DNA of 64,000 nucleotides from Macrostomum hystrix (Eukaryota > Animalia > Platyhelminthes). A model generated the notes under the pieces. It had not been told where the DNA came from. It made no database searches and saw only the letters and a list, made by a program, of their open reading frames with translations. Of the stretch, positions 24,357 through 37,360 are shown piece by piece. Each line of letters begins with the position of its first letter. The first letter of the stretch is position 1. The DNA is taken from positions 4,092,001 to 4,156,000 of the forward strand of contig CATNEN010000029.1 of NCBI GenBank assembly GCA_950097015.1. Direction: 5' to 3'. Made by a program: the position numbers and the translations under genes.

Positions 24357-25464
24357 GTCAGACTTATGCGCAAGAGCGCATTATTTACTCGCTAAGGCAC
24401 AAGCGCGCACTTCATTTAATGGAATTTAAATGAAAAAGAAAAGTTGTAATCAAAGCTGTAGTGCACAAGGGGTGGTGGGTTAGGGTGTAAACAGAGGTAC
24501 TTTAGGTACTCTGCGCATTGGTCGCATCGACGAGTTAGCATTTCTCACTTTGACGTCGCACATTGTTGATGGATTGCTGGATCATCATCAGCAGCCAGAC
24601 CAAGACTTGCAGCCAGACATGCCGGGACACGGCCTGCCCAGTCAGCCGCAACCGGGATTTCTGCAGCTGCTCTTTTTCTTCGTGTTACATCTTTGTTCTA
24701 ACATACATGTAAAGCACTGGTCGAAAGGATTTTAATTCGATTTCCTTCGTACAAATACAATCGACTACTTTGTGACAGACGATGGAGCAACTTGACTGCT
24801 TTTATTTATTGCCTATCGCGCTTGTGCCAGACTTTGACATAAAATCCACAGGCGCGCTTATGATGGCAACCCGTGTGGCTCTACGGGAGACCAAAAATCG
24901 ATTGAAAGAAGCGAGTCCATTAAACAGGTTAATAAAGTATTTAGAAGTGCTGTCTGGTTACTTTTAGATGTGAAAATCTTCTTTTCACAAGCCAATTCCA
25001 TTTGGCCAGGTCATAAGCTCCAAGGAGTTAAGCTGCCATCATCTTTGACATCGCTGTCAGCATATACTTAGGCATGAGTAGATTCATGGATCGGGTGGGA
25101 GAAGGAGAGAGTAGGCCTGAAAGATGATCAGGGCTTAAGCCACAGAGCAGCAGATCCTTGAGAGTGGTCCGTAAGCGTGTTCACAATCATTGGGAAATAA
25201 ATTAACTGCAGGCTTATAATCCAGAAGCCAGTCAGACTATCTCTAAAAGCTAAAGATTAGTGCTATTAAAATCAAAGCTTTGAAGTGCGATATATAGTGC
25301 AACCCATTAAAATCTGTGAAAAATTCTACCTAAATTACAGGTAAAATGTTTGTAATTAGGAAAATTAGCAGCTCTGGAAGAGCTACTCGTAGTTAAGACC
25401 CAACTCAAGCCAACAACCCGCAGTAATTTAGCGGGACTTTACTTTAGCTATATACTTTGCTAAG

Positions 25465-25793
25465 GTTGGTTGCCTAGTGGTTGCCTAGAGGTTGTAGCCT
25501 AGTGGTTAGGGCGTCGGACTAACGACTTGAAGGTCGGGGGTTCGATTCCCGACTCCACTGAAACAATCTGTCCTTTAGCAAGACACTTAACTCTGCATTG
25601 CTTCAGTTCACCCAGCTGTTAAATGGGTACCAGCATCAGCTGGGATAATTGAAGGTGGGTGTGGCGTCCCCCCAGTCCATGGACTGAACAGCTGTACGCA
25701 GCCTTCAGATGCGCCGCGCAATAGCTGCGGCTGTGCTGTCGGCTGCACATCTGGCCCGATTGGGGCAGGTGTAATCAATTATTATTATTATTA
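25465..25793 (+). mobile_element. tRNA-derived SINE, family A, full length with target-site duplication
   Basis: A box TAGCCTAGTGG, B box GGTTCGATTCC, central GCAAGACACTTAAC..CAGTTCACCCAGCTGTTAAATGGG domain and (ATT)n tail; TTTGCTAAG duplicated at 25456-25464 and 25794-25802. Confidence 0.88.
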
Positions 25794-28269
25794 TTTGCTA
25801 AGAATTTTATGCGCGCTGTTTAAATACTTTTTATGCTTGTTGTGTGCATCAGCCCTCAACTTATCGGCTCACAATCAGCTTGTCTCCTTCTGCAGCTCTT
25901 GAGTTTTGCTTGAGTACAATAGGACTGGAGCTGACTCGAGTGTCCTACTAAAAGGATGAATGAACTGAAGTTATGTAAAAACTTCCTCACGAGCACTTAA
26001 TTGGCATATTCGAATATTTATCGACTTGATACCAGGAATTGCAGGTACTTGATTATTTTCAAATTGTTATGAAACACACTTCATCGTGTTTTGCGCAGAT
26101 ATTTCACCTAATCCAAATAGAACGGCAGAGGGGCGAAGGGTGCGTGCGCCATACATTTGCTCTCCTATTTCATGACAGAGAGAGGCAAACAATCACCAAA
26201 AAGTGGAGAGGCCGGAGTGATTGAGAGTGAGAAATCGGATGGGGGAAGGCCGAGTAACAGCAACAGAGTAACTTCAATCTTGCTGATTGACGGATAGGGC
26301 CAGAGTGACATTGAGTTGGATATTAGCATTCTGCCAACAAATCTAACAGCAGCACTCAGTGTGGCACAATGAGCTCTTCACTACGCCAGCTCTTCGATTC
26401 AATTATATTATGTTGGCAATAAAGCAACACCTGCAGTGACTCGTCACTGCACGTCCACTCACTTATATAGGATTACGTGCGGCGAGATCGCATCACAAAA
26501 TACGCTCGAATATTGTTTGGAATCGAATGAAAATCGACCAAAACTTTCCGGCAAATGCCAACATACCGCATTATATCTCTGTAGTAAGATACCAGTCGAG
26601 GAATCTGACTAAAAAACAGATTCCGTATCAGTGGCACAAACCGTCAGCTACTCAAAGACGCTTCAAAAGGCTGTGTACAGAACTGTTCAGTCCTTGGACT
26701 GGGGAACTGGGGACCGCAACTTTCAATTTGAATGAATGAATTGAAGCTATGGTGAATTGAACTCCTGACCTCTCGAACAAGCTGCCTGAAGGACTGCTGT
26801 GATATAAATGCCCGGTTTAAGTACACAATGAGTTGCTTACGATTGAGTAATAATCAGCAAAAATGTGACAACTCACAAGAGTTTTAGGTTTGCTCTACTC
26901 AATTAATTACGTATTATTATCATTCTGGGACTCCTATGGGGGTAGGGGAAGTGAGATAAAACTCAATTCGTGCGAAAATTGATAAAGATATTCCTTCAGA
27001 ATGAGATTGAAGAAGGCCCTGCTGGATAGACGGATAAGTGGTCCATTGGGAAGGGAGAGGATATTAGGAGATCACCGTGGGAACATTGCCGCATGGGAAT
27101 CGCTTCTAGCGGGATTGTACTGGGAGAGAATCCCATAATAAAAGACAGAATTTACACACACACAGGCATGCTGGATGGCGTGGCAGCCTTTACTAGAATG
27201 AAATCTGGCATCTAAAGAATTCAAATCACGCAACTGTAGTAGGAAGACACCAGTTAGCACAGTTGAGCAAAATGAATTAGCACTTCCGTATCCTCGGAAA
27301 GAAATAATGTGAGCTGATATGGAAGTAGATATATTTAAATTCTATGCAACTTGTCCTTTCTGAGGCATGCAGTTAAGACAAATCCCTGCAGAACCCCATG
27401 AGGGATAGAGGAAGATAAGAGATAAGAGATGAGAGAAGAGATATAATAATTAATAGAGGAGAGACATGAGATATGTGAGTAAAGAAAATGGATGAGAGAG
27501 GAGAGATAAGAGATGATGAAGAGGCGGGCACAAACACAGGGATAAGGATGAAAGAGAATCGAATGCAGTAGTAGGTGAAGCACAGAATCCTTACACATTG
27601 TAATTGTGAACATTAAAACAATAGCTCAAAAAGCGGAATCTACATGGGATTAATTAGCGCTTCAAAAAAAGAACAACCAGCTCATTAGGCTTGAGCTACA
27701 CAAGGTAGAAAAAAACAATGCATTGAATTTGGCTAACAGTGGAAACAACATACTGAATATATATTTGGAATGATGGCTACACGGTGCCAAATTATGCCTC
27801 TCTTGAGGCGAAGGTATGAAGTGTTGCCCCCCCAGGATACTAGGCAGTACAGAATCTTATCCTATTATGGTGTTCTAGTATGAAGAGCGATCCCCTTGTC
27901 GCTCGTAACTCAATTACGTAGGGTTCGGAAGGTTTGGTGGAATGGCCCTTTTAAAATGTGAGCAAGAACGAGAGGGCCTGTCTCTCATGGGCCAGATATT
28001 CGAAGTGAAAGTTTAGTGACACGTCGAGGTGTCCCTGATCTGTGCCGTTTTCTTAATGCGATACGACAGGCCTGCGAGTATAAGTTGTAGAGCATACTCG
28101 TCCAGAAAGTGAGGATTCCATTTGTCTATACGAGTAATTTTTGTTTTTAGATTGTAATTTTTTTTAATATACATTTTGCGTACAAATCTCGATTGTCTTG
28201 AACATATAAGCAGCATTACAAAACTCACGAAACTCAGTTGGAATATTTATAACTGAACTTCTTAATCTT

Positions 28270-28615
28270 TAGTAGGGATTTTAGTTGGGATTTCGGCGAG
28301 TTGGGATTTTTTAAGATGAATGATTTTGAAGTCTGGGATTTCAGCGAGTTGGGATCTTTGGAGAGATTTTTGTTTCGGAAATTTGGGATTTCGGGATTTG
28401 GAGTTTCGGTGATTTGGGATTTTGGAGATCCTAAAATAATTTGGGATTTTGGAGAGTTGGGATTTCTTAAGATTTGGGATTTTGGAGTTAGGGATTTCGC
28501 GAGTAAGGATTGGTTAGATTAGAGATTTCGGAGCATTCGGATCTCCGATAGGTGGGATTTCGGCGAGTTAGAGTTTTAGATATTCGAAATTTCAGAGATT
28601 TGGTATTTTTACAAA
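28270..28615. repeat. Degenerate GGGATTT(T/C) repeat in UBE2O intron 7
   Basis: Direct reading. Confidence 0.75.
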
Positions 28616-28672
28616 TCGATATCAAACCTGCGAGCTCGATGTACTACTGAAAAATAAATACAGGGCACTCAC

Positions 28673-29218
28673 CTCAGGCACATCGAGCTGTTGAGCAGAC
28701 AAATCAGTTTCAGACGCAGCAGACGCAGTTGCTAGGGGCCCGGATTGAGCCAAACTGGTAGCCGACTGCCACAGGCTCCTAATAGAAGTTGGCAAAGGAT
28801 TGGACACTCTCGGCACAAATGTTGGCACAACTCGCTGATCGATCCCGCCGCCCTCTCCGAAATCGTTTCGCCGCAGCATGAGGGCGTGCCGCAACGGCGC
28901 CAGCTTGTCAGGCATAGATTCAGGATCTGTGAAGGCCTCCAGGCAGTGAGCATCGGCTGTGAGTAGGCGCAGATTTTTTGAGAACTGCAGCAACGCGGCC
29001 CGCTGGCTAGTGGTGGCGCAACGGCGAAGGCAGGTGGGTCGGGAGCGCAGGTCGTGCAGCAGGGTGCGCAGGCTGTGTGTTGTTAATAGAATAGTCTCCA
29101 AAGCCTGGTGTACGCTGTGAACAACTGTGGGCGTGACAATGCGGCAGGCGTTGGCTGTGAGGGCTTCGCGCACACAGTCGGAGATGAGGCGCAGCGGCTC
29201 CTGCAGTTGCGCACCGAC
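28673..29218 (-). CDS. UBE2O: UBE2O exon 7
   Basis: ctactcag|GTC; 546 nt open, phase 0/0; GAG|gtgagt donor. Poorly conserved linker or coiled-coil region. Confidence 0.75.
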
Positions 29219-29279
29219 CTGAGTAGCGCCGTAAGAGAAATAAAGAGATTAATGAAATCTTTAGGATTTATTGCTTATT

Positions 29280-29512
29280 AATCCAGATTCCATATCACTG
29301 AATCCAGACTCCATATCACAGAATCCTGATCCCATATCAGAGAATCCTGATCCCATATCACAAAATCCAATAGCACAGAATCCAGATCGAATATCACAGA
29401 ATCCAGACCCCGGACCATAGAATCCAGACCCCGGACCATAGAATCCAGATCCCAGACCATAGAATCCAGACCCCGGACCATAGAATCCAGACCCCGGACC
29501 ATAGAATCCAGA
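29280..29512. repeat. 21-bp minisatellite GAATCCAGACCCCGGACCATA in UBE2O intron 6
   Basis: Begins within ~10 nt of the exon 6 donor. Confidence 0.88.
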
Positions 29513-29519
29513 TGCTGAC

Positions 29520-29894
29520 CTTTCTAACGCACTCCCATTCGTCTGAGCAGGACGCATGATGCGGCAGCCAGCAATTTAAACCGGCGCCGGAAGTTTCATT
29601 GCCAGCCCCATCCTCTGTCGACATCAGAACAACGTCTCCGTCGGCCGTGACCTGGACGGCAACGCCGGCTCGGCCAGCGTCCTCCTCTAGATCGGCGGTC
29701 TCCACGCTTTCCGTCTCCCAGGACGCCGTGTCTTCGTCGTCGTCGTCAGCGGCGTCGTAGTCGTTGAAGAAGTCGGACGACTCGCTAGCAGTGCGATGCT
29801 CCGGCCCGCCGCCAAGCAGGCCTTCAAGGCTGAACAGATCGCAGGGCCACACATCAGCCTCTTCACCGTCTGACCAGACAACGCGAACGCGACC
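29520..29894 (-). CDS. UBE2O: UBE2O exon 6
   Basis: cgcctag|GGT; GRVRVVWSDGEEADVWPCDLFSLE..DDDDEDTASWETES (cf. KVEVVWADNS..DSWETD); AAG|gtcagc donor. Confidence 0.88.
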
Positions 29895-30039
29895 CTAGGC
29901 GAGGATGGAAAATTTTATTCGATTAAGTGACCTGTCCCAACAATTATTCTAGAAATTTCAGTTGGCTGCTTGCTGTCTTGTTCGAATCCTTTAGAGCACT
30001 ATTTCTAATCATTCAGAAAGGCATATCCATCCCCAATCC

Positions 30040-30772
30040 ATAGTTACTCCTTCAGTCATCCATTGCTAATATATTTTAAAATCCATGGCTAATCCTCCAT
30101 TTGGTAATCCATTAGTAATCCTTCAGTAAATCATTGCTAATCCTTTATTTTGTTATCCATTGCTAATCCTTCATTTAGTAATCCATTTCTAATTCTTCTT
30201 CAATTAGTAACTAGTTGAAGTAAACTAATTAGTAGCTAATCCTTTAATCAGTAACCTTTGCTAATCATTCAGTAATCCATTGCTAATCCTTCATTTAGTA
30301 ATCCATTGCTAATCCTTCATTTAGTAATCCATTGCTAATCCTTCATTTAGCAATCTATTGCTAATCCTTCATTTAGTTATCCATTGCTAACCCTTCATTT
30401 AGCAATCTATTGCTAATCCTTCATTTAGTTATCCATCGCTAATCCTTCATTTAGTAATCCATTGCTAATACTTCATTTAGTAATCTATTGCTAATCCTTC
30501 ATTTAGTTATCCATTGCTAACCCTTCATTTAGTAATCTATTGCTAATCCTTCATTTAGTTATCCATCGCTAATCCTTCATTTAGTTATCCATTGCTAATA
30601 CTTCATTTAGTAATCCATTGCTAATCCTTCATTTAGTAATCCATTGCTAATCCTTCATTTAGTTATCCATTGCTAATCCTTCATTTAGTTATCCATTGCT
30701 AATCCTTCAATAAATCATTGCTAATCCTTCAGTAATCCATTGGTAATCCTTCAGTAATCCATTGGTAATCCT
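30040..30772. repeat. 26-bp minisatellite CCATTGCTAATCCTTCATTTAGTAAT in UBE2O intron 5
   Basis: Direct reading. Confidence 0.92.
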
Positions 30773-31409
30773 TAACACATCAGTGAGTGAGCCATCATCG
30801 CATAAACAAAAAAAATTGTCGATTAAAACACAGCTAATCCAATTCTAATCCACCAATGACACATTAGCAACCTTTCAGTAAGAGCAGCTTCATCAGCGAC
30901 TGAGGTTTGCCCTTGGGGAGATTGCGCAAATAATCAAGAGTTACACTATTGCCGGATCAATAATCAATGCCGGAAGTGCATTTGGAGAAAAAAAAGTGAA
31001 TGCTAAAAATTTAAGGATTACATTTGCTTATGGGATCAGAAACGGCGCAGAGTGGGTAGAAAATCCCCAAATGTCAATGTGACGCATTGTGCAAACAAAA
31101 TGAGCAGCCTGATGAGGCTGAGAATAGGCGAAAGATGATCCGACAGGCAGGTGATTGGGTGACAGAAAGTCAAACTGACACCTAAACCAGCCTGTCGATA
31201 CTCGTACAATAAACCACCGCTGCTAGTATAATGCGGTTGTACTAGGATCCACAGCGGAACAGGAAACGATACTTTTTTGTTGTGCAGCAACAAGATACAA
31301 CTAGTATTCCGCTACTACAGGTAGGAATCTTTTTTGCTCGAAAAAGTACTAAGTTCATTTAGTCAATTCCAAGATAATCCTTATCACTTTGCATTACCAA
31401 AATACCCCC

Positions 31410-32130
31410 TTATCCAATACAATCCAGAACCATCCAATCCAATCCAGAACCACCCCATCCAATCCAATCCAATCCAGAACCACCCCATCCAATCCAATCC
31501 AATCCAGAACCACCCCATCCAATCCAATCCAATCCAATCCAGAACCATTCTATCCAATCCAACCAATCCATAACCATCTTTATCCAATCCAATCCATAGC
31601 TATACTTATCCAATCCAATTCATAACTATCCTTATCCAATTCAATCCATAGCTATCCTTATCCAATCCAATCCATAACTATCCTTATCCAATTCAATCCA
31701 TAACTTTCCTTATCCAATTCAATCCATAGCTATACTTATCCAATTCAATCCATAGCTATACTTATCCAATCCAATCCATAGCTATCCTTATCCAATTCAA
31801 TCCATAGCTATACTTATCCAATCCAATCCATAGCTATCCTTATCCAATTCAATCCATAGCTATACTTATCCAATCCAATCCATAGCTATCCTTATCCAAT
31901 TCAATCCATAGCTATACTTATCCAATTCAATCCATAGCTATACTTATCCAATTCAATCCATAGCTATACTTATCCAATCCAATCCATAGCTATACTTATC
32001 CAATTCAATCCATAGCTATCCTTATCCAATCCAATCCATAGCTATACTTATCCAATCCAATCCATACCCAACCCTATCCAGAATAAATACTTATCTAACA
32101 CAGAACCATCCTTATCCTTATCCATCCAAT
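31410..32130. repeat. (ATCCA)n-derived array grading into 26-bp CCATAGCTATACTTATCCAATTCAAT
   Basis: Direct reading; UBE2O intron 5. Confidence 0.92.
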
Positions 32131-32177
32131 GCGTACAGTAGCATCCATATCTATCTTTTAAAATATTGATAACTTAC

Positions 32178-32664
32178 AGTTTCCAGCACTACTCGAACAA
32201 CTTCGCCCAGTCGAATTGTCGAAGCAGACGATGACTCGGCGCTGGAGTTCGTTGCGGCAGCGGCGGAAGCGAATTCTCCTCCGATGTCCATAGCTGCCGA
32301 GCTGTTTGATTCGGCAGCTTCCGAGCCCAATTGATGTTGCTGCAACTTCAGCATCACAATTGTCCTAGGCCTGTACTCGTAGATTGAGAACTCTTTCAAA
32401 TCGATGGTGCTAACCAGTTCGGCCGGTCCGCACTGCTCAACTGTGAGGCCGGGAGATTCACGATACCACTGCAGGCGGGCCAGCTTCTGGTGAACATCAT
32501 TTTCTAACACCAGGGCGTAGCGATCCGGCGGGCTCGACGACTGGAATTCGGAATTCTCTCCGGTCCCAGCTCCGTCAGACAACAGTTTTTCCTGCTGGCT
32601 ACTGAGCACAAAGTCTCCAGGAAAGAACTGGTTCTCCATGAAGTCATCGAACGGTACCAGATCG
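32178..32664 (-). CDS. UBE2O: UBE2O exon 5
   Basis: caacag|C GAT; DLVPFDDFMENQFFPGDFVLS..YALVLENDVHQKLARLQW..IYEYRPRTIVM; ACT|gtaagt donor, phase 0. Confidence 0.92.
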
Positions 32665-32709
32665 CTGTTGATTGTTGGCGGCGGGGTAAAGCATGGGATT
32701 TATAATTCC

Positions 32710-33250
32710 TGATGATCTTGATTCGGGGAGATTTTGAGTCATAGAATCAATCTTAATTCAATGAGATTTTGAGTCACAGAATCAACCTTGATCCTGGGAG
32801 ACTTTGAGTCATAGAATCGATCTTGATCCTGGGAGACTTTGAGTCATAGAACCTATCTTGATTCGGGGAGATTTTGAGTCATAGAACCTATCTTGATTCG
32901 GGGAGATTTTGAGTCGTAGAATCGATCTTGATTCGGGGAGATTTTGAGTCATAGAATCAATCTTGATTCGGGGAGATTTTGAGTCATAGAATCAATCTTG
33001 ATTCGGGGAGATTTTGAGTCATAGAATCAATCTTGATTCGGGGAGATTTTGAGTCGTAGAATCGATCTTGATTCGGGGAGATTTTGAGTCATAGAATCAA
33101 TCTTGATTCGGGGAGATTTTGAGTCATAGAATCAATCTTGATTCGGGGAGATTTTGAGTCATAGAATCAATCTTGATTCGGGGAGATTTTGAGTCATAGA
33201 ATCAATCTTGATTCGGGGAGATTTTGAGTCATAGAACCTATTTTGATCCG
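32710..33250. repeat. 35-bp minisatellite TCTTGATTCGGGGAGATTTTGAGTCATAGAATCAA filling UBE2O intron 4
   Basis: Direct reading. Confidence 0.94.
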
Positions 33251-33303
33251 ATCCTGAAGCCCGGTCTAGGCATATTTAAATAAAAAATCAGCGACTATTT
33301 TAC

Positions 33304-33909
33304 CAAGCGGGAATGCCGGACTGCAGCCTGCCGTCCTGCCAGCGAACGTCGACCCGGGAGCTGCTACAGACAACCCGCGCCGCTATCAGCTGACCTGCCC
33401 GCAGCGGCCGGCGCTGCAGCTCCCGCAGTACAGCATCCGCAGCCGACCCTCCGCGTCCAGTGCCGCCGTCACTGTCGCCTCCTCTTCCGTCCGAGGCTTT
33501 CCGATCGCGACCGAAGCGTCCAGTGGATGATCGGGAGCCGCCGCCGCCCACGCCTCCGCCGCCTCCGCGTCGCCTGCGACCGCTGGCAGAAAATCTGGAA
33601 GCTCCGCGACCGGCTCCGCCGCCTCCGCCGCCAATGGCACCGGCGCCGCTACTAGCCGTGTCGGCATCGGCTGCGCCATCGTCTTCCAAGACGACGTCAT
33701 TGGCTTGAATGACGCCGTCTGGCGCATCGCCAGCCCCGCCGGCCCCGCCGCCACCGGCTGTCTCTCCCTGATCAGCTGGTAGAATTGCGCAGACAGGCAG
33801 CGGCGGCCGACCTTCGGCTGGTCCGCGCAACAGCTCGTAGAGAGCGCTGCCCAGGCTAATATGCGGCTCCACCTGGATGGCCCTGTCATCTTCGCGCAAC
33901 ACTATGTAT
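33304..33909 (-). CDS. UBE2O: UBE2O exon 4 (contains Gly/Arg-rich insert)
   Basis: ctcacag|A TAC; 606 nt; ends SSRVDVRWQDGRLQSGIPA (cf. SADVMWQDGSVE in vertebrate UBE2O); TG|gtaaaa donor. Confidence 0.88.
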
Positions 33910-34048
33910 CTGTGAGAATTTGTATTTTGTAATAATTTACAAATAGTGTTTTTTCTTGTTTCCCAGCAGACTATCAATGGTCAATGGTACGCGTATAAAC
34001 AATACGCGTACAACTGCAACCATTAGGGCATCTTGTTTTAGCCATAAA

Positions 34049-34116
34049 GGGAGCTTCTAGCCCACTGGTTAGAGCTTTGGACTTCTAACCAAACGGTCGA
34101 GAGTTCGAATCTGTGC
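34049..34116 (+). pseudogene. Degenerate tRNA-Arg(TCT)-like sequence or SINE head
   Basis: TGGTTAGAGC D-arm motif, GGACTTCTAA anticodon loop and GTTCGAATC T-loop. The anticodon stem has a deletion and no acceptor stem can be formed. Confidence 0.4.
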
Positions 34117-35004
34117 TTAAGGGAAGCAATTTTCAATGCATCTCCGTTCGACGGCAACTGAGCAGCACACGGCATTTGGTTGTACATCTGTCCCAACTGG
34201 GTTTAGGTGTCAATAAATGGCCACTGTTTGTATCGGCTATTGTGCATCACCTTTTTTTTCATTGTCATCGTGTCTTCAAATTTTTAAATCATCAAACTAA
34301 TTTGGCTAGAAACGTAAAAAATCTTAAATTGTCGTGCTTAATCACATTATTGCTCAAGCTAGTTGAGACGGCGATAATAAGTGCGAACACTACTAATCAA
34401 ACGCATGGGCGGGCACTGTATACTAGTTTAAACAGAAACTTAATCAATGAAGGAATACTGGTTAGGAAAACACTATAATAGTAGTATAGAATTTCTTGCT
34501 AGAGGACTGAATAAGACATCAAGAATCTGCAGGGACAATGAAGCAGGGCTAGGCCGGGCACGGCTGTGTCATGGGCTATTTTATTTCCCAGTGTTGGCAA
34601 ATGTTTTGAATCAAAACAAGCCAAAAGAGCGACGGTAAAGAGTGTGAGAGATGGAGAGATGGCTTGCGAGTAAAGTAGCTTGGTCGATAGACCTAGCGCG
34701 AAGGTAAACAATGGTCGGAGGACGAACTATATACAATTAACTCGTAGATGAAAGAAAAATGTCTAGCACGATGATCTTCATTCATTGATTTTAATTCGAC
34801 AGCTAACATAGACGAGCTACGAGGAGGTTCACAGTCAAAAGATCAAAAATACATTTTTAAATATTGCCTTGCAGAGGAGTATGGCGAGGATCAACTACTA
34901 TGAAAAATAATAACATTCTTTTTATCGAAGTATGAGCACAAGATTAAATATTCACTGAATCTGATAGAAATATATTCGTTGATAAGTGTTATTCTAGTTT
35001 ATAT

Positions 35005-36180
35005 CGTGCGACTCTCGACTGCGACTAGTTGGCGACTGTTCTCTCAAATGTCTCAGACGTGACAGTCGATTGTGACTAGTTGGCGACTGTTCTCTCAAAT
35101 GTCTCAGACGTGACAGTCGATTGTGACTAGTTGGCGACTGTTCTCTCAAATGTCTCAGACGTGACAGTCGATTGTGACTAGTTGGTGACTGTTCTCTCAA
35201 ATGTCTCAGACGTGACAGTCGATTGCGACTAGTTGGTGACTGTTCTCTCAAATGTCTCAGACGTGACAGTCGATTGCGACTAGTTGGTGACTGTTCTCTC
35301 AAATGTCTCAGACGTGACAGTCGACTGCGACTAGTTGGTGACTGTTCTCTCAAATGTCTCAGACGTGACAGTCGATTGTGACTAGTTGGTGACTGTTCTC
35401 TCAAATGTCTCAGACGTGACAGTCGATTGTGACTAGTTGGTGACTGTTCTCTCAAATGTCTCAGACGTGACAGTCGATTGTGACTAGTTGGCGACTGTTC
35501 TCTCAAATGTATCAGACGTGACAGTCGATTGTGACTAGTTGGCGACTGTTCTCTGAAATGTCTCAGACGTGACAGTCGACTGCGACTAGTTGGTGACTGT
35601 TCTCTCAAATGTCTCAGACGTGACAGTCGATTGTGACTAGTTGGTGACTGTTCTCACAAATTTCTCAGACGTGACAGTCGATTGTGACTAGTTGGTGACT
35701 GTTCTCACAAATTTCTCAGATGTGACTGTCGATTGTGACTAGTTGGTGACTGTTCTCTCAAATTTCTCAGACGTGACTGTCGATTGTGACTAGTTGGTGA
35801 CTGTTCTCTCAAATTTCTCAGACGTGACTGTCGATTGTGACTAGTTGGTGACTGTTCTCACAAATTTCTCAGATGTGACTGTCGATTGTGACTAGTTGGT
35901 GACTGTTCTCACTAATTTCTCAGATGTGACTGTCGATTGTGACTAGTTGGTGACTGTTCTCACAAATTTCTCAGACGTGACTGTCGATTGTGACTAGTTG
36001 GTGACTGTTCTCTCAAATTTCTCAGACGTGACTGTCGATTGTGACTAGTTGGTGACTGTTCTCACAAATTTCTCAGATGTGACTGTCGATTGTGACTAGT
36101 TGGTGACTGTTCTCTCAAATGTCTCAGACGTGACAGTCGATTGTGACTAGTTGGTGACTGTTCTCTCAAATGTGATAGTC
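35005..36180. repeat. 51-bp minisatellite GTGACTAGTTGGTGACTGTTCTCTCAAATGTCTCAGACGTGACAGTCGATT in UBE2O intron 3
   Basis: Direct reading (~23 copies). Confidence 0.96.
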
Positions 36181-37019
36181 GGCATGGTCGATTTTCTTAA
36201 TTAGACATGCAGATTAGCCATGCTTAATTGCGATATTTTTATAGCAAAAAGTGCTAGGCCATAAAATGCCAAGCGAACTTGCATCACTTCTATGACTGCA
36301 TCAATGGGGGCTTCAAAATTTGAATTGCAAAGTGCAAAACTAGAACTAAACTTGATAGACATAGAGATACACACACACAAGCGGATAAATTACAGGGTAG
36401 CTGATAAGGATGAGAGCGATATACACAGAGTTATTAGATGACGAGGCACTTGAATACGAAAATTCAAGATAGTTACTCCTATTATTTACCAGTTGTGCTA
36501 ACATTTCTTATCTCTAGTTGCAAAACAGGGAAAAATGATGTACAGAAAACTCTATTTTCACACCTTTTTCTAGCCATCCTAAAATCCTGAATAAATTATT
36601 TTTTCTCTTCATCCTTTTTTAAGGAAAAATGAAAATAAACTGCAGAGAGAGAAAGAGAAAATTGGAAATAAAAATTTTATTAGCCACTTGTGGCCCGCGA
36701 GGCAAGTGTGGCATCCAGAATGGAAATTATTAATTCTTTATGTAGAGACGGGGTGAATGGAAAATGTTTTGACAAAAAAACTAATAATTTATGGCGTAAG
36801 TTTTGGCCCACGACAACTAAGTACCACAAATTTGTGCAGTAACTGCATTTACTTCAGCAAGACACTTTCTTCTAGAGCCTCTGTTTAGATTTTTAAACAC
36901 TTCTGTCATTTTTATAGACAACATGGTGGAAATTGGAGTTGGTAAGAAAAGGAAATTCTGACGCAGTCTGTTTAACCAATTCTGGAGCATTCAAATCCCA
37001 TATACACAATATTTGATCC

Positions 37020-37360
37020 TCAGTGTCCATTAAATCTAATCCTCACAATGTCTAATATCCCCAATTCTCACAATGTCCATAACACAACACCTAATCCTCA
37101 CAATGTCCGCGATCCCTAATCCTTACAATTTCCATAAATTACTAATCCTCCCAATGTCTATAATCCCTAATCCTCACAATCTCTGTAACTTACGAATCCT
37201 CAAAATGTCCATAACCCCTAATCCTCACAATGTCCATAACCCCTAATCCTCACAATGTCATAACCCCTAATCCTCACAATGTCATAACCCCTAATCCTCA
37301 CAATGTCATAACCCCTAATCCTTACAATGTCCATAACTGCTAATCCTCACAATATCCATA
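37020..37360. repeat. ~24-bp minisatellite CCCTAATCCTCACAATGTCCATAA in UBE2O intron 3
   Basis: Direct reading. Confidence 0.88.

Noticed and set aside
23755-24429. Cys/Ala-rich and RTGRGAHRHK repeat ORFs next to the neuropeptide gene
   Set aside because: 48-bp minisatellite open on both strands; no signal peptide or dibasic/amidation pattern, unlike the true precursor.
24550-24735. GC-richer patch that might be an extra UBE2O exon or a small Cys-rich peptide
   Set aside because: No acceptor/donor pair keeps the UBE2O frame (0 to 2 or 0 to 1 only), and there is no recognisable homology in any frame.
25490-25560. tRNA gene (Val-like anticodon)
   Set aside because: It is the head of a SINE followed by core, tail and TSD; stems are imperfect and other copies differ at the anticodon.
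31036-31293. Minus-strand ORF inside UBE2O intron 5
   Set aside because: Exon 5 (VLET) joins exon 6 (GRVRVVWSDG) directly and matches the family alignment; this ORF has no similarity.
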